This document shows, one piece after another, positions 28,069 to 38,662 of a stretch of DNA of 64,000 bases (within the stretch, counting starts at the first letter, position 1; every line of letters begins with the position of its first letter). The stretch is from an uncultured Sulfurimonas sp. Its GTDB lineage: Bacteria; Campylobacterota; Campylobacteria; Campylobacterales; Sulfurimonadaceae. Made by a program: the position numbers and the translations under genes. The DNA lies in contig CAYLNF010000001.1 in NCBI GenBank assembly GCA_964385165.1, forward strand, positions 6,533 through 70,532. Direction: 5' to 3'. Under the pieces are notes generated by a model. The model searched no databases, was not told the origin of the DNA, and saw nothing but the letters and a program-made list of their open reading frames with translations.

Positions 28069-28463
28069 TGATATTAGTTTATAACTCACTTATCTTTATG
28101 GTTTTGGTTTTAACTGGGTGTAATAACACTCAGGCTAAACCAAAACACTCAATCTTTGAAAAACCAAAATGGATAAACAACTCTATGGGTGGTGCTGTTG
28201 GTAGTTGTGGTACACATATGAAAGGTAGAGCTGCCCAAGAGGAGCTTGCCCTTGATCGTGCCTTAACAGAATTAGCAAAACAAAAAAGAGCAAATATCTT
28301 ATCTAACTCTTACTCTAGTGAGAAAGAGAATGGAACTGGTTATAGATCTTCAAGTGTAAATAACACCTATGTTAAAACTGATGCTCAAGTTAGCTCAGAG
28401 ATAAAAGCAAAATGGAGAGATCCACGAACAGATATTTTTTATGTTTGGGTAGTTGCTAAATAG
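28068..28463 (+). CDS. Lipoprotein (LPP20-like)
   Basis: Lipobox LTGC, KPKWI, ALDRALTELA. Confidence 0.7.
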   Translation: MILVYNSLIFMVLVLTGCNNTQAKPKHSIFEKPKWINNSMGGAVGSCGTHMKGRAAQEELALDRALTELAKQKRANILSNSYSSEKENGTGYRSSSVNNTYVKTDAQVSSEIKAKWRDPRTDIFYVWVVAK

Positions 28464-28482
28464 ATCTCTCTTTTGAGAGATC
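28463..28482 (+). terminator. Hairpin after the lipoprotein operon
   Basis: gatctctc-tttt-gagagatc. Confidence 0.65.
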
Positions 28483-28575
28483 CTACCACTCACAATCTTC
28501 TACAAAACTCTTTTATAAATCTCCCCTTATTTAGATATAATTACACAATTATTAAAATATATTGTAGGTATTATT

Positions 28576-30063
28576 ATGAAAAAAATCGCCATTATTGGTC
28601 GCCCAAATGTTGGAAAAAGCTCACTATTTAATCGTTTGGTAAAAAAAAGAGATGCTATCACATCAGATATAGCTGGAACAACAAGAGATGTTAAAAGAAA
28701 AATAGCGATCATAATCAACAAAGAGGCTCAACTTTTAGATACAGGTGGACTTGATAAAGGGTGTGAACTTTTTGATAAAATAAAAGAGATGTCACTAAAA
28801 GCTGCTTATAAAGCTGACATAATCCTATATATGGTAGATGGGAAAGGTTTACCTGAAGAGGAAGATAAAAAACTATTTTATGAGCTTCAAGCTATGGGTA
28901 AAGATATGGCTTTAGTTGTAAATAAGATAGATAATGACAAAATGAAAGAGAAACTTTGGGAATATTATGAATTTGGAACAGATGCCATCTTTGGAATCTC
29001 TGTTGCTCATAACCGTAATACAGTTGAACTTTTAGATTGGATAGCTTCTAAAATTCCAGATTCTGACATTATAAAAGAGGATGAAGATTTAGAAGATGAT
29101 ATTAAAGTTATCGAACCTGAGATAAGTGATGAGGAATTTTTTGCTAATATCTCAGAAAATGATGAAGATGATGGCTTTACATATTGGGATGAAGATGAGA
29201 TGGATGGAATTACAGAAGATGATTCTATCTTTGGAAATAATGACAGAATAAAAGAGTTTGATGAGAACGATATAAATCATATCAAGATAGCTATCATTGG
29301 TCGTACAAATGTTGGTAAATCTTCACTTTTAAATGCTCTTTTAGGTGAGGAACGCTCTGTTGTAAGTAGTGTTGCTGGAACAACTATCGACCCTATCGAT
29401 GAAACTGTTGAGTATAAAGATAAACAGATAACATTTGTAGATACAGCTGGTCTTCGTCGTCGTGGTAGAATTTTAGGAATCGAAAAGTATGCTCTTATGC
29501 GTACAAAAGAGATGCTTGAAAACTCAAATATGGCACTAATCGTTTTAGATGCTAGTGAACCATTTATGGATCTTGATGAGAAGATAGCTGGACTTGTAGA
29601 TAGTAACAGACTAGCTTCTATCATCGTTTTAAACAAATGGGATATATCTAAAAGGGAAGAACACGATAAAATCATTAAAGAGGTAAGAGAGAGATTTAAG
29701 TTTTTAGCTTACGCTCCTATCATCACACTATCTGCTAAATCTCATCTAAGAGTTGATAAACTTCACGATATGATTTTAGAGATAAATGAAAACTACTCAC
29801 AAAGAATCCCAACTTCTAAAATAAATGAGGTTATAGAAAGAGCATTAAGAAGACATACACTTCCAAGTGTTAGTGGACAAGTTATAAGAATCTACTACGG
29901 TACACAGTATGAGACAAGACCACCTAAAATAGCTATCATTATGAATAAGCCTAGTGGACTTCACTTCACTTATAGAAGATACTTAACAAATAAAATGAGA
30001 GAGGCGTTTAACTTTACAGGTACACCGCTACTTTTCAAAGCTAAAAAAAGGGGTGAGAAATAA
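28576..30063 (+). CDS. der: Ribosome biogenesis GTPase Der
   Basis: Tandem G domains GRPNVGKS / GRTNVGKS, DTGG, DTAG, acidic linker. Confidence 0.97.
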   Translation: MKKIAIIGRPNVGKSSLFNRLVKKRDAITSDIAGTTRDVKRKIAIIINKEAQLLDTGGLDKGCELFDKIKEMSLKAAYKADIILYMVDGKGLPEEEDKKLFYELQAMGKDMALVVNKIDNDKMKEKLWEYYEFGTDAIFGISVAHNRNTVELLDWIASKIPDSDIIKEDEDLEDDIKVIEPEISDEEFFANISENDEDDGFTYWDEDEMDGITEDDSIFGNNDRIKEFDENDINHIKIAIIGRTNVGKSSLLNALLGEERSVVSSVAGTTIDPIDETVEYKDKQITFVDTAGLRRRGRILGIEKYALMRTKEMLENSNMALIVLDASEPFMDLDEKIAGLVDSNRLASIIVLNKWDISKREEHDKIIKEVRERFKFLAYAPIITLSAKSHLRVDKLHDMILEINENYSQRIPTSKINEVIERALRRHTLPSVSGQVIRIYYGTQYETRPPKIAIIMNKPSGLHFTYRRYLTNKMREAFNFTGTPLLFKAKKRGEK

Positions 30064-30066
30064 ATC

Positions 30067-31263
30067 ATGGGATTGGATTCTAATTTATCAGCATTTAAGA
30101 GGGTCAAAACTACCACAACTTATGCTGATGGTAGAAAATCAAGCTATGAGAGTTATGCACCAAATCTAGGTGGGTTTGTAAGTATAATGCCGACAGCCAT
30201 GGTTGTAATCTTTGCTTTTTATATGCTTATAGCAGCATTGAAAATTGCAATGATTATACTACTTGTACTACCTTTTTTACTCTATGTAATCCATTATAGA
30301 AGAAAACTAAAATTTCTTATAAATGAGAGTAATTTTCAACATTTAGATGAAAAAATATACTCTAAAATTATAAGTGCTTCTAAATATAACTCATTTGTAT
30401 CTATAATTATCGCTATATACCTAGTTGCTATTATGGTTTATATGTCTGTTTTAGTATTTACTACTATGGATGAAAATGAGATAAGAATTCAGATTATTGA
30501 TGCTTTTGTTAACCCTTTTTATTACACTATATTATTCTCTAGTGCTGGTTTATTACTCTACCATTTAACACTCGCTCCATTTATGGTTAGAAAAGCTCTG
30601 AAATTACTTGAAGATGAGAATCCAGATGCAAGAAAGTTTATACTAAAGAGGGGATTTTTTCAAAAATTAGCTTTACTACTTATGATGGTATTTATCGCTA
30701 TAACAGCTATAAAAACTCCTAATCTTGAAGGTTTTATAAAAGAACCATTAAAATATCCACAAGATCAAAGAGATAATTTTCGTTCTTTAGTAAATAGTAT
30801 AAAATTACAACTATTTTCTGAATTTACTCCAAAAGATATAGAGGAACAAGCTCAAGCTGATAACACTTTTTATATATTTAGCATAGCTAATAGTTATGGT
30901 CGTAACTATCTATTTCGTAGTTATACAATGATAGTAAAACCATTATATGAAGCAGATGAGTGTAAAGGGTATAAAACTATACTATATAGTGCTAAAGATG
31001 CTTATGGAAATTATATTTTTGATGGAAGTGTACCAATAATCCAAGCAACTACTAATATTCCAGGTAGAATGTTTGTCGAGGGAACACCTACAACTATTAA
31101 AACTGCTATGAATCTTTATGATATAAATATTATAACAAGAGAACATCCTGGTATTGGTGGACATGATGAGTTTATCTTAGCAGATTTTAAGATAGGTGAT
31201 TTTAGTTGGCTTGCAGATAATGGTGAGAGATGTTACGGAAGTGCTGAGGTTATACCTAGATAA
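30067..31263 (+). CDS. Hypothetical membrane protein with soluble C-terminal domain
   Basis: 398-aa ORF with about 5 hydrophobic segments; no family recognised. Confidence 0.7.
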   Translation: MGLDSNLSAFKRVKTTTTYADGRKSSYESYAPNLGGFVSIMPTAMVVIFAFYMLIAALKIAMIILLVLPFLLYVIHYRRKLKFLINESNFQHLDEKIYSKIISASKYNSFVSIIIAIYLVAIMVYMSVLVFTTMDENEIRIQIIDAFVNPFYYTILFSSAGLLLYHLTLAPFMVRKALKLLEDENPDARKFILKRGFFQKLALLLMMVFIAITAIKTPNLEGFIKEPLKYPQDQRDNFRSLVNSIKLQLFSEFTPKDIEEQAQADNTFYIFSIANSYGRNYLFRSYTMIVKPLYEADECKGYKTILYSAKDAYGNYIFDGSVPIIQATTNIPGRMFVEGTPTTIKTAMNLYDINIITREHPGIGGHDEFILADFKIGDFSWLADNGERCYGSAEVIPR

Positions 31264-31283
31264 CCACGAATAAATTCGTGGTT
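31262..31283. terminator. Bidirectional terminator hairpin
   Basis: aaccacgaat-aa-attcgtggtt between convergent genes. Confidence 0.75.
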
Positions 31284-31284
31284 T

Positions 31285-31707
31285 TTAAAACGGTTTAAAT
31301 ATCACCATACCAACTATAACTAGAAGTAGTAAAGTTGGTACTTCGTTATAGATACGAAAAAACTTCCCACTCTTTACACACTCATCAGATTCTAATGTTT
31401 TTCTAAATTTACCAAGAGAAAAAAAGTAAGCTACCAAAAGAGCTACAAAAAAGATTTTAGTGTGAAGCCAACCATTACCAGCAAAACCAACCTCATAACT
31501 AAGATAAGCACCACTTAAAATAGTTGCCCACATAGCAGGAACACCAATATACTTAAATATCTTATACTCCATAACCTTTATAACCTTAACAAAACCAGCA
31601 TTATCACTATTTTCTACATGATAAACAAAAAGCCTAGGAAGATAAAATAAAACAGCGAACCAAGAGATAAGAGAGAGTATATGAAACCATAATATCCAAG
31701 TAAACAT
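31285..31707 (-). CDS. hemJ: Protoporphyrinogen oxidase HemJ
   Basis: HILSLISWFAVLFYLPRLFVYH, WLHTK, RIYNEVPT, FKPF. Confidence 0.95.
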   Translation of the reverse strand: MFTWILWFHILSLISWFAVLFYLPRLFVYHVENSDNAGFVKVIKVMEYKIFKYIGVPAMWATILSGAYLSYEVGFAGNGWLHTKIFFVALLVAYFFSLGKFRKTLESDECVKSGKFFRIYNEVPTLLLLVIVGMVIFKPF

Positions 31708-31793
31708 AAAAATCCTTTTATAAAATTACGCCAATAATAACAAAACAAACTTTACATTTGGCTATAATACAAAAAAATAATTGAGGAATATAT

Positions 31794-32759
31794 ATGAGAG
31801 TTTTAACAGGTATTCAACCCTCAGGAGATCTACATATCGGGAACTATTTTGGTTCTATAAAACAGATGGTAGAGGCTCAAAAAAACAATGAAACATTTGC
31901 TTTTATAGCAAACTACCACGCTATGAGTAGTGGAAATGGTGGTGAAAAACTAGCTGGTTTAACTATGCAAACAGCAACAGATTTTTTATCTTTAGGAATC
32001 GACCCTGAAAAATCAACTTTTTGGGTTCAGTCAGATGTAAAAGAGGTTTTAGAGTTATACTGGATTCTGTCTGCTTTTACACCTATGGGTTTACTAGAGA
32101 GAGCACATAGCTATAAAGATAAAACAGCAAAAGGAATCGCAGCTAACCACTCACTTTTTTCATACCCTGTTCTTATGGCTGCTGATATTTTACTATACTC
32201 ACCAGATATTATCCCTGTTGGAAAAGATCAGATTCAACATGTTGAGATAGCAAGAGATATAGCTATAAAATTTAACAATGCTTATGGAGATATTTTTAAG
32301 ATTCCAGAGTTTCAAATTCAAGAAGATGTAGCAACTGTTCCAGGAATCGATGGTCAAAAGATGTCAAAATCTTACAAAAATACAGTAAATATTTTTGGTG
32401 AAGAGAAAAAACAACTAAAAACTATCAAAAAAATCATCACTGAAAATGTAGCTATGGAGGAACCAAAAGAGTATGCTAACTGTAATGTTTACAATATGGC
32501 AAAACTCTTTTTAGAGGGTGATAACCTTGTAGCACTTCAAGAGAGATATAAAAAAGGTGGAGAGGGTCATGGTCACTTTAAAATATACCTAGCTGAAGTT
32601 ATGTGGGAATATTTTAGAGAGTATAGAGAAAAAAGAGATTACTATATAAACAATCAAGATGAAGTTAGAGAGATTTTAAAATCTGGGGCTAAAAAAGCTA
32701 GTGATATAGCACAACCTATGATGGAAAAAATTAGAGTAGCTACGGGGATTAAATATTAA
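31794..32759 (+). CDS. trpS: Tryptophan--tRNA ligase
   Basis: TGIQPSG..HIGNYFG, YPVLMAADIL, KMSKS. Confidence 0.97.
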   Translation: MRVLTGIQPSGDLHIGNYFGSIKQMVEAQKNNETFAFIANYHAMSSGNGGEKLAGLTMQTATDFLSLGIDPEKSTFWVQSDVKEVLELYWILSAFTPMGLLERAHSYKDKTAKGIAANHSLFSYPVLMAADILLYSPDIIPVGKDQIQHVEIARDIAIKFNNAYGDIFKIPEFQIQEDVATVPGIDGQKMSKSYKNTVNIFGEEKKQLKTIKKIITENVAMEEPKEYANCNVYNMAKLFLEGDNLVALQERYKKGGEGHGHFKIYLAEVMWEYFREYREKRDYYINNQDEVREILKSGAKKASDIAQPMMEKIRVATGIKY

Positions 32760-32773
32760 CTAAATAATCAAAA

Positions 32774-32802
32774 AGGTCAAAGAGTAAATAATGCTTTGAC
32801 CT
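32774..32802 (+). terminator. Hairpin after trpS
   Basis: aggtcaaag-N11-ctttgacct. Confidence 0.5.
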
Positions 32803-32810
32803 CAAAAACT

Positions 32811-32820
32811 CCCCCCCCCC
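32811..32820. repeat. C10 homopolymer 9 nt upstream of a TATAAT (32830-32835)
   Basis: C10 run followed by ttttttctgtataat. Confidence 0.9.
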
Positions 32821-32880
32821 TTTTTTCTGTATAATCATCTATCAAAAAAAATTTAAATTATAAAGGCAATCATATATTCT

Positions 32881-32960
32881 AATTGACCAATAGTCAGTTA
32901 TTTATTTGAAATTAAGAGATTTTAATATAAAATAAAATTTTAATTGACTGCTGGTCGGTT
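32881..32960. promoter_or_regulatory. Two putative TetR operators, AATTGAC-N5-GTCRGTT
   Basis: aattgaccaatagtcagtt (32881-32899) and aattgactgctggtcggtt (32942-32960) upstream of tetR. Confidence 0.7.
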
Positions 32961-32976
32961 ATATAAAGGATTGATG

Positions 32977-33573
32977 ATGGCAATAATTGTAGATAAGGTT
33001 CAAAAAAGAAAAGATATAGCACTATCTTGTAAGGAACTTATTTTTTTACATGGTATTAAAGATTTAACTATCTCTAAAATTGCACAAACTGCAGGTGTTG
33101 GTAAGGGTACAATTTATGAGTATTTTAAAAATAAAGAGGATATTGTTTTTGAGATTGTAAATATATTGGTTTATGAAAGAACTAAAATTATAGAAAAAGA
33201 GTTATCTAAAATAATTTCTACTAAAGATAAAATAAAATATTTTAGTCGTTTTTTTTATAGTGATGAGGATATTGAACTTAGAAAACTTTACAAAGAGTTT
33301 ATCTCAATCGCACTAAGTTCACCTGATGAAAAGATGATAGAGTTTCAAACAGAGTGTTTTATAAATCACTATTCTTGGTTTAAAAAGATAATTCAAGATG
33401 CGATAGATAGTGGAGAGATTATTAAAGAATCTATCACATTAACTAAAGGTCTTTTTGTTACTGCTGAGGGGATGTTTATAGCAAGTGTAGCAACAAATGC
33501 GATAGATGATATGCAAAAAGAGTTAGATAACTATATAGATTCTATTTTTGAACTGATTGAGGTAAAGAGATGA
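32977..33573 (+). CDS. TetR/AcrR family regulator (start re-placed after the AAGGA RBS)
   Basis: TISKIAQTAGVGKGTIYEYFKNKEDI helix-turn-helix. Confidence 0.93.
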   Translation: MAIIVDKVQKRKDIALSCKELIFLHGIKDLTISKIAQTAGVGKGTIYEYFKNKEDIVFEIVNILVYERTKIIEKELSKIISTKDKIKYFSRFFYSDEDIELRKLYKEFISIALSSPDEKMIEFQTECFINHYSWFKKIIQDAIDSGEIIKESITLTKGLFVTAEGMFIASVATNAIDDMQKELDNYIDSIFELIEVKR

Positions 33574-34796
33574 TGAAATTTTTATTTTTAATAATACCTA
33601 TTTTTTTATATGCAGATAGTTTAAAATCTATCTTGGAGTTTGCAAATCAAAATAATGATTTAGTTATCTCAAAAGAGCTTACACAAAAAGCAAAAGCAAA
33701 AGAGGTTGAATCTAGTGAAAATACTCTTTATCCAACTATTGATATTGGTGCTTTTTATCAAACTCAAAATAAAAAAAGTTTGATGGTAGCTGGTGATATA
33801 TATAGTGGTTTTGCAAAATTTTCTTATGATATTTATGATGGTGGAAAAAAATCGTATCAATTATTAAAAACTAAAGATGAGTATAAAGCAAATAGTTTTG
33901 ATACAGAGGCTACAAAAAAGAGTTTAGCTTTAGAGATAGTGGAAGATTTTTTTAATATAAAAAGTTTAAAAGCATCATTAGAATCTAGAAAAGATGCGAG
34001 TAACTCTTTAGCTGAGCAACTAAAAAGAGTTAAAAGATTTTATAAAGCTAAAGTTAGAACAAAAGATAATGTAGATAGATTACAATCAGCTTACGATACA
34101 AATATATATGAGATACAATCTTTAAAGTTTCAACTATCTTCACTTATCTCATCATTAGAATTAAAGGTTGGAAAAACTATCTTGACATTTAATGATTCTA
34201 AGTTTAAAGAGTTTAGTGAATGTAGTATAGAGTTAAGTGATAGTGTTAAGTCTATTATGGCAAAAAAAGATGCACTTTTAAATGGTTCTAAATCTATTGA
34301 TAGTGTTTATTATCCACAAATAAAAGTTGAAGATAGTTTTAGTTTATATGGCTACGATAGGGTAGATACCTTACACTTAAAAGGGGTAGATAAGCAAAAT
34401 AAGTTGATGTTAGTAGTTAATATGAGATTATTTGATATGGGAAGTGTTGAGAAAAGTAGGGAATCTATGGTTATAAACTCTCAAGCCTTATCATCTCAAG
34501 TGGCATACAAAACAAAAGCACAAAAGTTTGAGTATGATTTAGCATTACTAAGAATCAAAACAAATGAGATTAAAATAAAAAGTGCTTTTAGTGCTTTAGT
34601 ATCAGCTTCTAGTGCTTTTGAGACTATATCTAAAAAGTATGATGCAAGAATCGTTGATAATGTAGTTTATCTTGATGCGCTTTCAAGTTTAACAATGGCT
34701 AAATCACTATATGAAAAATCATTAAACGATTTACAAATAGCTTATGCCAAATACTACTTCCATGCAGGAAAAAATATAGAGGAGTTTTTACAATGA
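33570..34796 (+). CDS. TolC family outer-membrane efflux protein
   Basis: Signal peptide, duplicated OEP-type halves (YPTID/YPQIK), position in efflux operon. Confidence 0.88.
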   Translation: MMKFLFLIIPIFLYADSLKSILEFANQNNDLVISKELTQKAKAKEVESSENTLYPTIDIGAFYQTQNKKSLMVAGDIYSGFAKFSYDIYDGGKKSYQLLKTKDEYKANSFDTEATKKSLALEIVEDFFNIKSLKASLESRKDASNSLAEQLKRVKRFYKAKVRTKDNVDRLQSAYDTNIYEIQSLKFQLSSLISSLELKVGKTILTFNDSKFKEFSECSIELSDSVKSIMAKKDALLNGSKSIDSVYYPQIKVEDSFSLYGYDRVDTLHLKGVDKQNKLMLVVNMRLFDMGSVEKSRESMVINSQALSSQVAYKTKAQKFEYDLALLRIKTNEIKIKSAFSALVSASSAFETISKKYDARIVDNVVYLDALSSLTMAKSLYEKSLNDLQIAYAKYYFHAGKNIEEFLQ

Positions 34797-35551
34797 ACAA
34801 AATTATTTTAGGGTTAATGATTTTTATACTTAATTTGAGTGCAACAGAGATATATACAACTTTTAGTATCCAAGCAGATAAAACAGCTTCTTTAGCTTTT
34901 TACTCTAGTGGTATTGTTAAAAAAGTTTTTGTAGATATATCTAGTGTTGTAAAAAAAGGTGATAAGTTAGTTGAGTTACAAAATGATGATTTAAAAGCAT
35001 CTCTTAAAATTGCAGAAGCATCATTACAAAATGCGAAATTATCTTTAAAATTTGCAAAGAGAGATTATGATAGACAACTACTTATAAAAGAGTTACTTGA
35101 TGAAGCTACATTTGATAAGTATGAATTGGCTTATGAAAAAGCAAAAGTAGCAGTGATTCAAGCAACAGCAAAATTGGCTTTGGCTAAATCATTTTTAGAT
35201 AGAAGTATGATACTTGCACCATTTGATGGGGTGATATTTGAAAAAGATGTAGAGGTTGGTGATGTTGTGAGTGGTATGATGCTTAGAACTGTACTAAAGA
35301 TTCAAAGTAAAAATAAAAAAAGATTGATTTTAGAGTTTGATCAAAAATACTGGAAAAGTGTTAAAGTTGGCGATAAAGTAAAATATGGTGTAAATGGAGA
35401 TTCTAAAACTTACATAGGTAAAATATCTAAAATATACCCTTATGCAGATAGTGACAATAGAAAAATAAAAGCACAAGTTGTAGCAGATGATTTTATAGTT
35501 GGACTTTTTGGTGATGGTTATATAACTATAGAAGATATAGGGAAAAAGTAG
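34793..35551 (+). CDS. RND periplasmic adaptor (membrane fusion protein)
   Basis: VKKGDKLVEL, ILAPFDGVI, VEVGDVV. Confidence 0.92.
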   Translation: MNKIILGLMIFILNLSATEIYTTFSIQADKTASLAFYSSGIVKKVFVDISSVVKKGDKLVELQNDDLKASLKIAEASLQNAKLSLKFAKRDYDRQLLIKELLDEATFDKYELAYEKAKVAVIQATAKLALAKSFLDRSMILAPFDGVIFEKDVEVGDVVSGMMLRTVLKIQSKNKKRLILEFDQKYWKSVKVGDKVKYGVNGDSKTYIGKISKIYPYADSDNRKIKAQVVADDFIVGLFGDGYITIEDIGKK

Positions 35552-35555
35552 ATAG

Positions 35556-38500
35556 ATGTATAAATATGCGATAAATAAACCCATAACAACACTTATGTAT
35601 GTTATCACCTTAGTGATATTTGGCTGGATGAGTTTCAAATCTATGCCATCAGCACTGTTTCCAAATATCGACTTTCCGATGGTTAGTGTAAAAACAATAT
35701 ATCAAGGTGCTGAATCTAGTACCATAGAATCTCAAGTTACAGATAAGATAGAGGAGGCTCTATCTCGTATAGGTGGTATAGATTCTATAACCTCTACAAG
35801 TAGTGAGGGTGTTAGTGTTGTTATGGTTAAATTCTTTTTAGAAAGAGATATTGATGAAGCAACAAATGATGTAAGAGATAAAGTTTCAGCAGTTATCTTA
35901 CCTCCAAATGCAAAAACCCCACTTGTAAGTAAGTTAGATATTGGTGGTGCTTCTGTTATAAATATATTTTTAACAGCCAAAAAAGATTCTATAAAAAATT
36001 TGATGTTATTTGCTGATGAAAAGGTAAAGCCAAAACTGCAAAAAATCAATGGTGTTGGTGCTATCAATATTATCGGTTATCAAGATAGAGAGATAAAAAT
36101 ATTTCCAGACCCAAAACTTTTAAATAAGTTTAACATTACAGTTATAGAACTTAATGATATTGTGGCAAAAGAGAATGTAAAGATAGGTGGTGGTAAATTA
36201 ATCTCATCTACAAAAGAGTATATTTTAAAAACAAAAGCTGATGCACTAAGTGTTGAGGAACTTGAAAATATAATTATCAAAGATAATATAAAATTAAAAG
36301 ATATTGCAAAAGTTGTAGATACTTTAAGTGATGCTAAAAGTTATGCCTCTTATGATGGGGTAGAGGGTGTTATGCTTGAGGTTCAAAAAATTTCAGGAAC
36401 AAACACTATAGATATAGTTCAAAAAGTAAAAGATTCTATACCTGAATTAGTAGCTTTAGCAGGGGATAGATTTGATGTAAAAGTTTTAAATGACACTTCA
36501 CCTTTTATTATAAACTCACTAGAAGATGTAAAATTTGATTTGATTTATGGTGCTATTTTAGCAGCTATAATTGTTTTTATATTTTTGAGAAATATCACTA
36601 TCACTTTAGTTTCAGCTTTATCGATTCCAGCTTCTATCATGGGTACTTTTGCTCTTATGGATTATATGGGGTTTGATTTAAATAAGATGACACTTATCGG
36701 ACTTACTTTGGCTATAGGAATCATAATAGATGATGCGATAGTGGTGATAGAAAATATCTACAAAAAGATGGAAAAGGGGATGGGGAGATTAGAATCTGCT
36801 GTTGAGGGAACTAAAGAGATGGCATTTACTATCCTTGCAATCTCAGCGATGCTTTTAGCAGTTTTTATCCCTGTTTCATTTATGAGTGGAATCGTAGGGA
36901 AGTTTTTTGAAAGCTTTGCTATGACTGTTGGATTTGCAATTATTATCTCTTATACAATAGCTCTTAGTTTTATACCTAGTATAAGTGCTAGAGTGTTAAA
37001 TAAAGGTGATAGTAAATTTTATGATATGACGGAGTCTATTTTTAAATATGTTGAGAGAGTTTATGAATCTCTCTTAAAATTGGTTTTGCATTTTAAATTT
37101 TCTACTTTAGTGGTTGTGTTTGTTATATTTTTTGTATCACTCTCTTTATTTCCAAAAATTGGTATGGATTTTATCCCTAAAGAGGATAAATCAGAGTTTG
37201 AGATAAAAATCAAAGCAGATTCTTCAATCTCATTAGAGGAGATGATACGAAAATCTAAAGAGGTTGAGGCGTTAGTAAAACAAAATGATAATGTAGTTTA
37301 TACAACTCTAAATATTGGTTATAACAAATCACAAGAGAAACATAAAGCCTTAATGTATGTAAAACTAAAACCAAAAGATGAGCGAGAATTAAACCAAGAA
37401 GAGGTTATACAAAATTTTCGTAAAGAGTTAAAAGTTTTTAGTGATGATATGTTCATAACAGCTTCAGCGATTCCAAATATAAAAGGGGCAGGGGTATCAG
37501 TTCCTTATCAGATAGTTTTAAAATCAGATTCTTTTAAAGATTTAGAGATAGCTACAAAAAATCTTACATCTTATCTATCGAAAAAAGATGGATTTGCTGA
37601 TATAGATACAAATCTTGATGAGCCAAAACCTCAGATTGATATAGATATAAATAGAGTTAATGCAAACCGTTTAGGAATCTCAGCTTCACAAATTGCACAA
37701 GCTATCTCTATAGCATTCTCTAGTGATTTAGAGATTTCGTATTTTGAAGAGAAAGGTAAACAGTACAACATTTCGTTGAGGTTTGATGATACAAATCGAG
37801 TAGGGATAGATGATATAAAAAAGATTCAACTTAGAGCAGAAAATGGTGAATTGATTTATCTTGATGGTTTAGTAACACTTCGTGATTCTAAATCATTAGC
37901 TTCAATTAACCATTATGATAGACAAAGACAAGTTACAGTTTTTGCAGATCTGTTTGGTCTTGATTTAGGTGGTGCAGTTGCTTATACAAAAGATGGGATT
38001 GATGAACTTTTACCAGATGGTGTAGTTTATAGATTTACAGGTTTTGCTGAAGAGATGGTAAAAACTGCCAAAGCATTTGGTACAGCTATAGGTTTATCTG
38101 TTATTTTAATGTTTATTATTTTAGCAGTTTTATACGAATCTCTTGTTCAACCTATTATCATTATGGTGGCACTTCCACTAAGTATTATAGGTGTGATGGT
38201 AGCTTTATATTTTAGTGGTTTACACTTTAGTTTATTTGTGATGATAGGTTTTATGCTTCTGATGGGTATGGTTGGTAAAAATGCTGTTCTTTTAGTAGAT
38301 TTTGCAAATGGAGCGATAGGGAGAGGTAAAGATGTTGATGAGGCACTTATAGAAGCAGGAGAAAAAAGGATTCGCCCTATTTTAATGACAACTATTGCTA
38401 TGATGTTTGCAATGCTTCCTCTAGCCATAGGTGATGGATTAGGAAGTGAAACAAAAGCACCAATGGCAATTTCAATAATGGGAGGGCTTTTTAGTTCTAT

Positions 38501-38597
38501 GCTTTTAACACTTTTTATAGTTCCTGTTATTTATAAGTTCATAAACCCATTAGATAGATGGATGAGAAAGTTTTATGAGGTGGGAAAGGTTGAATAA
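35556..38597 (+). CDS. RND efflux permease (AcrB/MdtB-like)
   Basis: 1013 aa; FPNIDFP, IGIIIDDAIVVIENI, RIRPILMTT. Confidence 0.96.
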   Translation: MYKYAINKPITTLMYVITLVIFGWMSFKSMPSALFPNIDFPMVSVKTIYQGAESSTIESQVTDKIEEALSRIGGIDSITSTSSEGVSVVMVKFFLERDIDEATNDVRDKVSAVILPPNAKTPLVSKLDIGGASVINIFLTAKKDSIKNLMLFADEKVKPKLQKINGVGAINIIGYQDREIKIFPDPKLLNKFNITVIELNDIVAKENVKIGGGKLISSTKEYILKTKADALSVEELENIIIKDNIKLKDIAKVVDTLSDAKSYASYDGVEGVMLEVQKISGTNTIDIVQKVKDSIPELVALAGDRFDVKVLNDTSPFIINSLEDVKFDLIYGAILAAIIVFIFLRNITITLVSALSIPASIMGTFALMDYMGFDLNKMTLIGLTLAIGIIIDDAIVVIENIYKKMEKGMGRLESAVEGTKEMAFTILAISAMLLAVFIPVSFMSGIVGKFFESFAMTVGFAIIISYTIALSFIPSISARVLNKGDSKFYDMTESIFKYVERVYESLLKLVLHFKFSTLVVVFVIFFVSLSLFPKIGMDFIPKEDKSEFEIKIKADSSISLEEMIRKSKEVEALVKQNDNVVYTTLNIGYNKSQEKHKALMYVKLKPKDERELNQEEVIQNFRKELKVFSDDMFITASAIPNIKGAGVSVPYQIVLKSDSFKDLEIATKNLTSYLSKKDGFADIDTNLDEPKPQIDIDINRVNANRLGISASQIAQAISIAFSSDLEISYFEEKGKQYNISLRFDDTNRVGIDDIKKIQLRAENGELIYLDGLVTLRDSKSLASINHYDRQRQVTVFADLFGLDLGGAVAYTKDGIDELLPDGVVYRFTGFAEEMVKTAKAFGTAIGLSVILMFIILAVLYESLVQPIIIMVALPLSIIGVMVALYFSGLHFSLFVMIGFMLLMGMVGKNAVLLVDFANGAIGRGKDVDEALIEAGEKRIRPILMTTIAMMFAMLPLAIGDGLGSETKAPMAISIMGGLFSSMLLTLFIVPVIYKFINPLDRWMRKFYEVGKVE

Positions 38598-38605
38598 ATT
38601 GTAAA

Positions 38606-38645
38606 CTTTGATTCCTATGTTATATTTTAATATAGGAATTCAAAG
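38606..38645. terminator. Long imperfect hairpin between convergent RND and SMR genes
   Basis: ctttga-ttcctat...ataggaa-t-tcaaag. Confidence 0.6.
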
Positions 38646-38662
38646 GGTTTTTAGAGGTGCCC

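Noticed and set aside
29070-29280. Long Asp/Glu-rich stretch in Der
   Set aside because: Known variable acidic linker between the two G domains
38601-38662. Hairpin next to the SMR gene as an integron attC site or IS end (with weak similarity to 32798-32811)
   Set aside because: Lacks RYYYAAC/GTTRRRY boxes, no integrase or transposase, and the putative inverted partner matches only about 11 nt
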